A stretch of DNA of 64,000 bases from Myxococcota bacterium. GTDB lineage: Bacteria > Myxococcota_A > UBA9042 > PHBI01 > JAWLBL01. The notes under the pieces are model-generated. The model was not told the origin of the DNA. It ran no database searches and was given only the letters and a program-made list of their open reading frames with translations. Where the stretch lies: the NCBI GenBank assembly GCA_041687695.1, contig JAWLBL010000006.1, positions 224,001-288,000 on the forward strand, read 5' to 3'. Positions 36,876-44,672 of this stretch are shown here, one piece after another (the first letter of the stretch is position 1; each line of letters opens with the position of its first letter). The position numbers and the translations under genes are program-made.

Positions 36876-37705
36876 AGTTCGACAGCGCCTCCGACTACCC
36901 GCCCGGACTTGCAGTCGACGCCCGGCGTATGTGCCTCCACGTCGCCACGATCCTCGGTGACCTCCTCGACGAGATGGTCGTAGTGGGTGGGCTCGTGCCG
37001 TACCTGATCGTCGACCAAGCCGCCGCCCACGAGGCCCACGTCGGCACGAGGGAGCTCGACCTCGGCCTGTCCATCGCCGTGCTCGATGACGAGCGCTACC
37101 GGGAGATCAGCGCCCGGCTTCGGGACCGGGGCTTCGAGCCCAGCCGCACCGAAGAGGGGAAGGTCACCCGGCAGACATGGGTGCTGCCGGGTCAGCGGAT
37201 CACCCTTGATTTCCTCATCCCCCGCACCGACGGCGGCCCGAGCCCCGGCAAGCTCCAGAGCCTCGAAGGCGACTTTGCCGCCATCGTCACTCCGGCCCTT
37301 TCGCTCGCCTTCAGGGACTTCGACTCCGTCACCATCGAGGGGCCGACGCTGGCCGACGAGGTGGCGGCCCGCACGGTCAAGGTCTGCGGCCCGGCGGCGT
37401 TCGTGGCCATGAAGGCTCATGCCATCAACCTCAGGGCCAAGGACAAGGACGCCTACGACCTCGTCTACGTCCTCAGGCACTACGGCGACGGCACCGTGGC
37501 CGACGTGGTAGCCCGGTACGTCGCCTTCGCCGAGGTCGATGAGGCGAAGCAGGCGCTCGACATCCTCCGAGCAGACTTCGCCTCCGAGAAGCACCTCGGG
37601 GCCGTGCGGGCCGCGAGGTTCAGGGCCGGGCGCCCAGACCCCGCACTTCAGGCCGACGCCTTCGGCTACGTGCAGGAGTTCCTGAAGCGGGTCGGGAGGC
37701 GCTGA
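36872..37705 (+). CDS. AbiEii-like nucleotidyltransferase toxin
   Basis: ATGA coupling to the antitoxin; VVVGGLVP..HVGTRELDLGL, LDFL, MKAHA..KDAYDL. Confidence 0.75.
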   Translation: MKFDSASDYPPGLAVDARRMCLHVATILGDLLDEMVVVGGLVPYLIVDQAAAHEAHVGTRELDLGLSIAVLDDERYREISARLRDRGFEPSRTEEGKVTRQTWVLPGQRITLDFLIPRTDGGPSPGKLQSLEGDFAAIVTPALSLAFRDFDSVTIEGPTLADEVAARTVKVCGPAAFVAMKAHAINLRAKDKDAYDLVYVLRHYGDGTVADVVARYVAFAEVDEAKQALDILRADFASEKHLGAVRAARFRAGRPDPALQADAFGYVQEFLKRVGRR

Positions 37706-37710
37706 CCTCG

Positions 37711-37782
37711 GAGCTGAGCGACGTCGCCGCCATCATCGGCGGCCTCGAGCGCCAGGTCGAAGGCGAGCCGCGCCGCCGCTGA
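37711..37782 (+). repeat. Right copy of the 72-bp direct repeat
   Basis: Starts 5 bp after the toxin stop; copies the host gene 3' end including its TGA. Confidence 0.95.
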
Positions 37783-37830
37783 AGCCTGTGAAAGGCGGCG
37801 GGACGGTGCCCGAGCGTCAGCGAGCATTCA

Positions 37831-38232
37831 TCAGGCGAGCTCGAGGACCACGCCGTCCTCGGGCTCATCGCCCTTGGGCTCGTGCGTCTCGATGATCTCG
37901 ACCAGCCAGTCGAACACCGTCGGCCCTTCGCCAGCCCGGGCCGCGTCGAGTTCACGGCTGACCCTCGGCCGGTTGGCTTGATGACAGCGCACCAGCTGCC
38001 GTTCCAGGATCCGGCACGTCTCCGCATGACCAAGGCGCTGTCGACTCTGCGCCGAGTTGACCCACCGAAGGATGAAGCCCTCGTCGGGCGTCCCGAATCC
38101 ACCGCGGAGTATGTCGTTGAAGGCGTCCAGGTTGCGCCCCCAGGAGGCCGCCGGGACCAGGACGCGCTCCACCTCATCGTAGAACTCGCCGAGGGTAGAG
38201 AAACGCGCTCCATCGATTACGTAGAGCTTCAC
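37831..38232 (-). CDS. Barstar-family ribonuclease inhibitor
   Basis: GTG 38232 overlaps the upstream TGA; IDGARFSTLGEFYDEV..WGRNLDAFNDILRGGFG. Confidence 0.88.
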   Translation of the reverse strand: MKLYVIDGARFSTLGEFYDEVERVLVPAASWGRNLDAFNDILRGGFGTPDEGFILRWVNSAQSRQRLGHAETCRILERQLVRCHQANRPRVSRELDAARAGEGPTVFDWLVEIIETHEPKGDEPEDGVVLELA

Positions 38233-38522
38233 GGCTCGTCCAGCGGACCGAAACGATGCTCCAGCTCCGCGTCGAGGTCGTCGTCGTCGATCCCGAGGCC
38301 AGCCTCCGATTCCGCCAGCCCTTGATTGACGGCTGCCAGGAAGCGATCGCGTTCCGTCAGGCGGTCGTAGTCCTCGGGTGAGACGAGGACGCCGGCTGGG
38401 CGCCCGCGCTGCGTGATGACGATGGGACGGCGGTCCTTCTGCAGGCGTCGCATGATGCTGGAGGCGTGCGCCTTGAACTCGCCGATCGGGATGATGTCGT
38501 CCTGAACCTGCAGCGGCTTCAT
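38229..38522 (-). CDS. Phd/YefM-family antitoxin
   Basis: IIPIGEFKAHAS..PIVITQRGRPAGVLVSPEDY; acidic tail; SD caggag. Confidence 0.9.
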   Translation of the reverse strand: MKPLQVQDDIIPIGEFKAHASSIMRRLQKDRRPIVITQRGRPAGVLVSPEDYDRLTERDRFLAAVNQGLAESEAGLGIDDDDLDAELEHRFGPLDEP

Positions 38523-38524
38523 GT

Positions 38525-38590
38525 TGGCTCCTGTCCTGAAGTCCGACCAGTAGAGTGGTTCGTTGCCGGGTCGGATTCAAGCCAGGAGCC
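38525..38590 (-). promoter_or_regulatory. Long inverted repeat upstream of phd (operator or SD-sequestering hairpin)
   Basis: ggctcctg..tgaa.tccgacc / ggtcgga.ttca..caggagcc. Confidence 0.55.
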
Positions 38591-38611
38591 TCGCGAGCCA
38601 GCGGCTCCAGG

Positions 38612-39703
38612 CTAGACGTTGAACCGGAAATGCATGATGTCGCCGTCGTGGACGACGTACTCCTTGCCTTCCACGGCCATCTTGCCGGCGGCCTTGCACT
38701 GGGCCTCGCCGCCGAGGCGCACGTAGTCGTCGAACTTGATGACCTCGGCGCGGATGAAGCCGCGCTCGAAGTCGGTGTGGATGACGCCGGCGGCGCCCGG
38801 GGCCTTGGTGCCGCGGGTGATGGTCCAGGCGCGCACTTCCTTCACGCCGGCGGTGAAGTAGGTGATGAGGCCGAGCAGCTCGTAGCCGGCGCGGATGAGG
38901 CGGTCGAGGCCCGACTCCTCGAGGCCGAGGCTGTCGAGGAAGTCCTTGCGCTCCTCCTTGTCCAGCTCGGAGATCTCCGCCTCGATGGCGCCGCAGATGA
39001 CCACGACGCCGCTGCCCTCGGCGGCCGCGTGCTGGCGGACGCGCTCGACGTGCTCGTTGCCGTCCGGCAGGCTGCCCTCGTCGACGTTGGCGGCGTACAG
39101 GACGGGCTTGCTGGTCAGCAGGAACAGCTCGCGGAAAGCGGCCTTCTGGTCGTCCTCGACCTGGAACGACCGGCCGGGCTTGCCCTCGGACAGCCACACG
39201 CGCAGCCGCTCGAGCATCTCGACCTGAGGCTGCAGCTTCTTGTCGCCCTTGGCCTGCTTGGCCACGCGGTCGAGGCGCTTTTCGACCGAGTCCAGGTCCT
39301 TGAGCAGCAGCTCGGTGTCGATGATGCCGATGTCGCGGATCGGGTCGACGCTGCCCTCGACGTGGACGACGTTCTCGTCCTCGAAGCAGCGCACCACGTG
39401 GACGACCGCGTCGGTGTTGCGGATGTTGGCCAGGAACTGGTTGCCCAGGCCCTCGCCCTTGCTGGCGCCGCGCACCAGGCCCGCGATGTCGACGAACTCG
39501 ACCGTCGCCGCCTGCACGTTCTGCGGCTGGACCATCTCGGTCAGCTTGTCCATGCGCCGGTCCGGCACGGGCACGATGCCCACGTTCGGCTCGATGGTGC
39601 AGAACGGGTAGTTCGCCGCCTCGGCCCCGGCGGCCGACAGCGCGTTGAAGAGGGTGGACTTGCCCACGTTCGGCAGGCCGACGATGCCCAGGCTCATTCC
39701 CAT
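38612..39703 (-). CDS. ychF: Redox-regulated ATPase YchF
   Basis: [43 protein letters not shown]. Confidence 0.98.
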   Translation of the reverse strand: MGMSLGIVGLPNVGKSTLFNALSAAGAEAANYPFCTIEPNVGIVPVPDRRMDKLTEMVQPQNVQAATVEFVDIAGLVRGASKGEGLGNQFLANIRNTDAVVHVVRCFEDENVVHVEGSVDPIRDIGIIDTELLLKDLDSVEKRLDRVAKQAKGDKKLQPQVEMLERLRVWLSEGKPGRSFQVEDDQKAAFRELFLLTSKPVLYAANVDEGSLPDGNEHVERVRQHAAAEGSGVVVICGAIEAEISELDKEERKDFLDSLGLEESGLDRLIRAGYELLGLITYFTAGVKEVRAWTITRGTKAPGAAGVIHTDFERGFIRAEVIKFDDYVRLGGEAQCKAAGKMAVEGKEYVVHDGDIMHFRFNV

Positions 39704-39801
39704 GACGCGACTCCGATGCGCTCGCGGGTCCGCCCGCGAGGACGGCCCTCTATAACGTCGGCTTCGGCACGGTCAAGGGAGTCGGAGCGCCGGCGTCGGG
39801 C

Positions 39802-40647
39802 TCACCACTTGTAGAAGCCCTCTCCGGTCTTCTTGCCCAGCCGGCCGGCGCGGACCATCTGCCGCAGCAGGGCAGGGGGGCGGAACTGCTCGCCCAGCTC
39901 GGCGTGCAGGTGCTCGGCGATGCGCAGGCGCGTGTCGAGGCCCACCAGATCGGTCAGCCGCAGCGGCCCCATCGGGTGCCGATAACCCAGCTCCATGGCC
40001 CGATCGATGTCCTCGGCCGTGCCGACCCCGGCCTCCAGCATCCGGATCGCCTCGAGGCCGATGACCAGCCCCAGGCGGCTGGTCGCGAAGCCCGGCGTGT
40101 CCTGCACCACGATCATCTCGCGGCCCATCCGCTCGCCCATCGCCCGCGTCCGCGCGATCGCCTCGTCGCTGGTCTGCACCGCCCGCACCACCTCGAGCAG
40201 CTTGACGATGTGCGGCGGGTTGAAGAAGTGCATCCCGATGACCCGCTCGGGGTGCCGCGTCGCCGCCGCGATCTCGGTCACCGGCAGGCTCGACGTGTTG
40301 GTCCCCAGCAGCGCGTCCGGCCGGCAGCGCTCACCCAGGCGCGAGAACAGCTTCCGCTTGAGCCCGATGTCCTCGCTGACCGCCTCGATGACGATGTCCG
40401 CCTCTTCCGACGCCGCGTCGCTGTCGGTCGACGTCGCGATGCGCTCCAGCGTGGCGGCCCGGTCCTCGGCCGTGACCTTGCCGCGCTCGACGCCCTTGTC
40501 CAGGTTGGCCTTGATCGCCAGCACCGCCGACTCGAGCCGGATGGCGTCCAGATCCGCCAGCGTCACCGCATACCCGGCCGCCGCCGCCACCTGCGCGATG
40601 CCGTGGCCCATGACCCCGGCCCCGATGATCAGCACCTGCTCGCCCAT
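39802..40647 (-). CDS. 3-hydroxyacyl-CoA dehydrogenase
   Basis: GAGVMGHGIA, EAVSE, NTSSL, GMHFFNP, HPMGPL.L.DLVGLD. Confidence 0.93.
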   Translation of the reverse strand: MGEQVLIIGAGVMGHGIAQVAAAAGYAVTLADLDAIRLESAVLAIKANLDKGVERGKVTAEDRAATLERIATSTDSDAASEEADIVIEAVSEDIGLKRKLFSRLGERCRPDALLGTNTSSLPVTEIAAATRHPERVIGMHFFNPPHIVKLLEVVRAVQTSDEAIARTRAMGERMGREMIVVQDTPGFATSRLGLVIGLEAIRMLEAGVGTAEDIDRAMELGYRHPMGPLRLTDLVGLDTRLRIAEHLHAELGEQFRPPALLRQMVRAGRLGKKTGEGFYKW

Positions 40648-40659
40648 CGCCCTGCCTCC

Positions 40660-41445
40660 TCAGCCCTTGCGTCCGCGCCGCTCGAGGAACGCCGCCATGC
40701 GCGCCTCCTTGTCCGGGTCGTCGTACAGCACCGTCTGCCCCAGCGCCTCCAGCGCCAGCCCGGTCGCCAGGCTGGCCTCTCGGCCCTGGTCGATGGCGAT
40801 CTTCGCCAGCCGCACCGCCATCCGGCTCTGCCGCGCCACCGCCTGCGCCAGCTCGCGGGCCTTGTCCAGCACCGCCTCGTCATCGACGACGTGGTTGACC
40901 AGCCCCATGGCCCGCGCCTCTTCGGCGTCGATGATCGCCGCCGTGAAGATGAGCTCCTTGGCCTTGGCCAGGCCGACGATGCGCTGCAGCCGCCAGGTCC
41001 CGCCCGCGGCCGGCAGGATGCCCAGCCCCACCTCGGGCTGACCCAGCTTCGCCGAGCGCCCCGCGACGCGCAGGTCACAGGCCAGCGCCACCTCGCAGCC
41101 GCCGCCCAGCGCGAAGCCGCGGATGGCCGCGATGGTCGGCACCGGAAAGGCCTCGATCGCGTCGCACAGCTTGGCGTTGTGGCGCAGCAGCGCCTCGGAC
41201 CCGCGCCGCGCCCGCAGCTCGGCGATGTCGGCGCCGCTGACGAAGGCCCGGTCACCGGCCCCGGTGAAGATGAGGGCGCGCACGTCCTCGCGCACGGCCA
41301 GCGCGTCGAGCGCCGCCCGGATCTCGAGGTTCATCTCGAGGCTGAGGGCGTTTCGGACCTCGGGCCGGTCGAAGGTGATCGTGGCGACGCCGTCGGCGTC
41401 GACCTGGACCTGAATCAGCGGGCGGTCGTCGATGCGCTCGGTCAT
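40660..41445 (-). CDS. Enoyl-CoA hydratase
   Basis: AFVSGADI, ALGGGCE, GQPEVGLGILPAAGGT. Confidence 0.93.
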   Translation of the reverse strand: MTERIDDRPLIQVQVDADGVATITFDRPEVRNALSLEMNLEIRAALDALAVREDVRALIFTGAGDRAFVSGADIAELRARRGSEALLRHNAKLCDAIEAFPVPTIAAIRGFALGGGCEVALACDLRVAGRSAKLGQPEVGLGILPAAGGTWRLQRIVGLAKAKELIFTAAIIDAEEARAMGLVNHVVDDEAVLDKARELAQAVARQSRMAVRLAKIAIDQGREASLATGLALEALGQTVLYDDPDKEARMAAFLERRGRKG

Positions 41446-41457
41446 GCGTCCGTCACC

Positions 41458-42486
41458 TCAGGGCACCATGATGACCTTGCCGAAGACCTCGCGGCCCTCG
41501 AGCGCGGCGTGGCCCTCGGCGATGCGCTCGAGCGGCAGCACCCGGTCGACCACCGCCTGGAACAGGCCCTGCTCGTACAGCCGCACGAGCTGGTGGTACT
41601 CGCCCTTGCTGCCCATGGTCGAGCCCAGGATCGACTGGCTCTTGAAGAAGAGGTGCCGCAGGTTGATGCGCGCGTCGATGCCCGTGGTCGCCCCGCAGGT
41701 CACCAGGCGCCCGCCCCACGCGAGGCAGCGCATCGACCTCTCGAAGGTCTCGCCGCCCACGTGCTCGAAGACCACGTCGACGCCCCGCCGGCCGGTCAGC
41801 TCCTTGACCCGCGCGACGAAGTCCTCGGTCCGGTAGTTGATGACGTGGTGGGCGCCCAGCGCGCGCGCCGCCTCGAGCTTGTCGTCCGAGCCGGCCGTCG
41901 TGATGACCTCGGCCCCCAGGTAGCGCGCGACCTGGATGCCCGCCGCGCCGACCCCGCTGCCGCCGGCCTGCACCAGCACCGTCTCGCCGCCGCGCAGCTC
42001 GGCGCGGGCGACCAGCATGTGCCAGGCGGTCAGCATCGTCAGCGACAGGGCCGCCGCCTCCTCGTAGGACAGCCGCGCCGGCTTGGCGACCACGTTGGCC
42101 CGCGGCACCACGACCAGCTCGGCCAGCCCGCCCTGGCCGGTCTCGCCCAGGATGCCGTACTTGGAGCACAGGTGGTCGACGCCCGAGACGCACCGCACGC
42201 AGTGGCCGCAGCTGACGCCCGGCAGCACCATCACCGGCGTGCCGACCGCGATGTCGTCCACGCCGGGCCCGACCGCGGCGACGTCGCCGGCGATGTCGGC
42301 GCCGGTGATGGCCGGCAGGTGGAAGGGCGCGCCGGGGACGCCCTTGCGCACCCAGACGTCCAGGTGGTTCAGCGCACAGGCCCGCACCCGGACCTGCACC
42401 TCGCCGGGGCCCGGCTGCGGGTCGGGCACCTCTTCGACCCGCAGGACCTCGGGGCCCCCGTGCTCTCGAACGACGACGGCGCGCAT
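41458..42486 (-). CDS. Zinc-binding (MDR) dehydrogenase
   Basis: CGHCVRC..C structural Zn site; AGGSGVG; GKVI. Confidence 0.9.
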   Translation of the reverse strand: MRAVVVREHGGPEVLRVEEVPDPQPGPGEVQVRVRACALNHLDVWVRKGVPGAPFHLPAITGADIAGDVAAVGPGVDDIAVGTPVMVLPGVSCGHCVRCVSGVDHLCSKYGILGETGQGGLAELVVVPRANVVAKPARLSYEEAAALSLTMLTAWHMLVARAELRGGETVLVQAGGSGVGAAGIQVARYLGAEVITTAGSDDKLEAARALGAHHVINYRTEDFVARVKELTGRRGVDVVFEHVGGETFERSMRCLAWGGRLVTCGATTGIDARINLRHLFFKSQSILGSTMGSKGEYHQLVRLYEQGLFQAVVDRVLPLERIAEGHAALEGREVFGKVIMVP

Positions 42487-42501
42487 CGGCTCTCCCTCCG
42501 T

Positions 42502-43311
42502 TCAGCGCCCGGTGAAGGCGGGCTTGCGCTTTTCGGCGTAGGCGGCCAGCCCCTCGGCGGCGTCGGCGCCCACGAACAGCTGCTGCTGGAGCTCGCGCTC
42601 GAGGGCGAGGCCTGCCTCGAGCGACACCTCGGCGCCGGTCTGGCAGGCGCGCTTGATGAGGCCCACGGCCCGCGACGCCCGCTCGGGCGGCACGAACTGG
42701 CGTGCGTAGGCCAGCGCCTCGCGGCGGAAAGCGTCGGCCGTGGGGGCCTCGACGACCTTGTTCACGAGCCCCATCGCGTGGGCCTCGTCGAAGCTCAGGC
42801 GCGAGCCCTCGATCATCAGCTCGATGGCCCGGCTCTTGCCGATGAGGCGCGACAGGCGCTGCGTCCCGCCCGTCCCGGGCAGCACACCCAGCTGCACCTC
42901 GGGCAGGCCGACCAGGCCCCCGGCGCGGCGGCCGATGCGCAGATCACAGGCCAGCGCGACCTCGAGCCCGCCGCCGACCGTGTGACCGTTCAGCGCCGCG
43001 ATGACCAGCTTGGGCGTCTGCTCGAGGCGGCTGAGCGTCTCGTTGGCGTGCAGGCAGAAGGCGTACTTGAAGCTGGGGCTCGCGCCGCGAAGCATCGAGA
43101 TGTCGGCGCCCGCGCAGAAGAACTTGTCCCCCTCCCCGGCGACGACGATGACGTGCACGTCGTCGTCCATGCGCGCCTTCAGGATCCAGCCGTCCAGCTG
43201 GCGCATCATGTCGTACGAGTAGGTGTTCGCCGGCGGGTTCGACAGCGTCAGGACGGCGACGCCGCCCGAGACCTCGTAGTGGACCAGCTTGCGCTCGTCG
43301 GCTGAGCTCAT
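42502..43311 (-). CDS. Enoyl-CoA hydratase/isomerase family
   Basis: FFCAGADI, VGGGLE, GLPEVQLGVLPGTGGTQRL. Confidence 0.92.
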   Translation of the reverse strand: MSSADERKLVHYEVSGGVAVLTLSNPPANTYSYDMMRQLDGWILKARMDDDVHVIVVAGEGDKFFCAGADISMLRGASPSFKYAFCLHANETLSRLEQTPKLVIAALNGHTVGGGLEVALACDLRIGRRAGGLVGLPEVQLGVLPGTGGTQRLSRLIGKSRAIELMIEGSRLSFDEAHAMGLVNKVVEAPTADAFRREALAYARQFVPPERASRAVGLIKRACQTGAEVSLEAGLALERELQQQLFVGADAAEGLAAYAEKRKPAFTGR

Positions 43312-43470
43312 GGCGGGCTCCTCGGCAGGGGGGGATCGGCGGTTGGCTTCGGCAAGGCTCCGATCCCATGCGCGCCTTCCGGTGTCAACCGATCATGCCT
43401 CGGCGTAGGGTAGGGCGGTCCGAGCCCCCGTCTGGACCTCGCGCGGCGCCTTCGGTTAGGCTCCGCCCCG

Positions 43471-43779
43471 ATGCAGGTCCTGCTCCCAGCGCTCTCGGCG
43501 ATCGTCCCCGGCCTCGGCCAGCTCCTGCGCGGGCGCGTGTCCGACGGGCTGCTGTTCCTGTTCTTCGCGCTGTGGCTGCGGGTCACGCTGGGCGGCCTCG
43601 CCTGGACGGCCGGCGTCGGCGATCGCCTGCTCGACGTCGCGCTGTGGGGCTTCCCGGCGCTGCCGGCCGGCCAGCGGGTCCCGCTGTCGGTCCTGGCGAC
43701 CGTGATGGCGGTCGTGGTCCACGCCTGGGCGGCCCTGGACGCGCGCCGCCCCCGCGCGCCTCGTCCCGCCGCGACCTGA
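43471..43779 (+). CDS. Small membrane protein
   Basis: SAIVPGLGQLLRGR..GLLF motif; TM helices. Confidence 0.65.
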   Translation: MQVLLPALSAIVPGLGQLLRGRVSDGLLFLFFALWLRVTLGGLAWTAGVGDRLLDVALWGFPALPAGQRVPLSVLATVMAVVVHAWAALDARRPRAPRPAAT

Positions 43780-43819
43780 GCCTTCCCGGGCGTCGCGCGA
43801 CGACCTCGACCCGCGAGGA

Positions 43820-44005
43820 GCGCCGTCAGGTGCTCGCGCCCCCACGCTGGCCCGCGTAGGCCGCCGTCAGCCGTTCGCGCATGCGCAGCGGCCAGCTCCG
43901 AGCGTCGTCAGCCGCTCATGCACGCGCTTCGGCCCGCGTACGGCGTGTCAGGTGCTCGCGCGCGTACGTCGGGCCGCGCAGGGCGCCGTCAGGTGCGCGT
44001 GCGCG
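43820..44005. repeat. Degenerate 41-bp tandem repeat, about 4.5 units
   Basis: gtcag anchors at 43825, 43866, 43907, 43947, 43988; shared gcgccgtcaggtgctcgcgc..ggcccgcgtagg consensus. Confidence 0.7.
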
Positions 44006-44038
44006 CGGCGCGTCGGATCGCGGGACGGGGGAGCAACC

Positions 44039-44068
44039 GGCGAAACGCGCCCTGGAGCGCGTTTCGCC
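44039..44068 (-). terminator. Hairpin downstream of the putative 6S RNA
   Basis: ggcgaaacgcg/cgcgtttcgcc 11-bp stem. Confidence 0.6.
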
Positions 44069-44080
44069 AGTGACAGCAAG

Positions 44081-44260
44081 GATTCGGGCTGGCACCGGCC
44101 GTCAATCTAAACCCAGGCACCTTGTAGGTGGGCTCCATGGTCGTCTGCTTCAGGCTTCCTGCCGGAACGGAAGGCGTGCACACCACAGACAGGAACGGAT
44201 CCCGGGTATAGAAGCATAGGAATAGATTTTGTGGCTCGGTGGAACCAACCCTTCAGAATC
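44081..44260 (-). ncRNA. ssrS: Probable 6S RNA
   Basis: About 180 nt, low GC, self-complementary ends (gattc/gaatc, gggttgg/ccagccc, aatcta/tagatt); gtgtgcacg, aagcctgaag and gcccacct elements recalled from 6S RNAs. Confidence 0.75.
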
Positions 44261-44493
44261 ACTCACCGTTCGAGACGGTAACACGCTCCGGGGGGCAAGT
44301 CGATTCCCAGACGCCAACGAAGGGCGCGATTCCGGTCGGCTGCCGCTGGGCAGGCGCGACGAGGCGGGACCGGCGCGGAGCGAGGACGGGCCTTCGAAAC
44401 GCGAAAGGGCCCCGAAGGGCCCTGACGATGTCGGTCGGCGCCGGTGAGCGACCGAGGTTCGAAACACGAAGGGGCCCCGAAGGGCCCCGACGT

Positions 44494-44581
44494 TGGTGCG
44501 AAAGGGGGGACTTGAACCCCCACGAGCGTATTGCTCACTAGAACCTGAATCTAGCGCGTCTACCAATTCCGCCACTTTCGC
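44494..44581 (-). tRNA. tRNA-Leu(CAG)
   Basis: gcgaaag acceptor, ggtagacgcg D-arm, ctaga-ttCAGgt-tctag, long variable arm, ggttcaagtcc, encoded CCA. Confidence 0.97.
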
Positions 44582-44672
44582 GTAGCGCCCGCTCCGGCCG
44601 AGCGGTGACGGCTTAATAGGGCCATCACCGTCGGCCGTCAAGAGGGAAAGTGCATCGAACTCACTGGGGGGC

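Larger units (their letters stand above)
35703..37782. mobile_element. 2.08-kb integrase-free islet carrying a type IV TA-like pair, bounded by direct repeats
   Basis: Flanking duplication of the host gene end; only two cargo genes; more A/T-ending codons than the flanks. Confidence 0.7.

Noticed and set aside
35703..37710. IS element or prophage
   Set aside because: No transposase, integrase, terminal inverted repeats or phage genes
43820..44005. Degenerate CRISPR array
   Set aside because: Period too short and the variable halves are mutually similar
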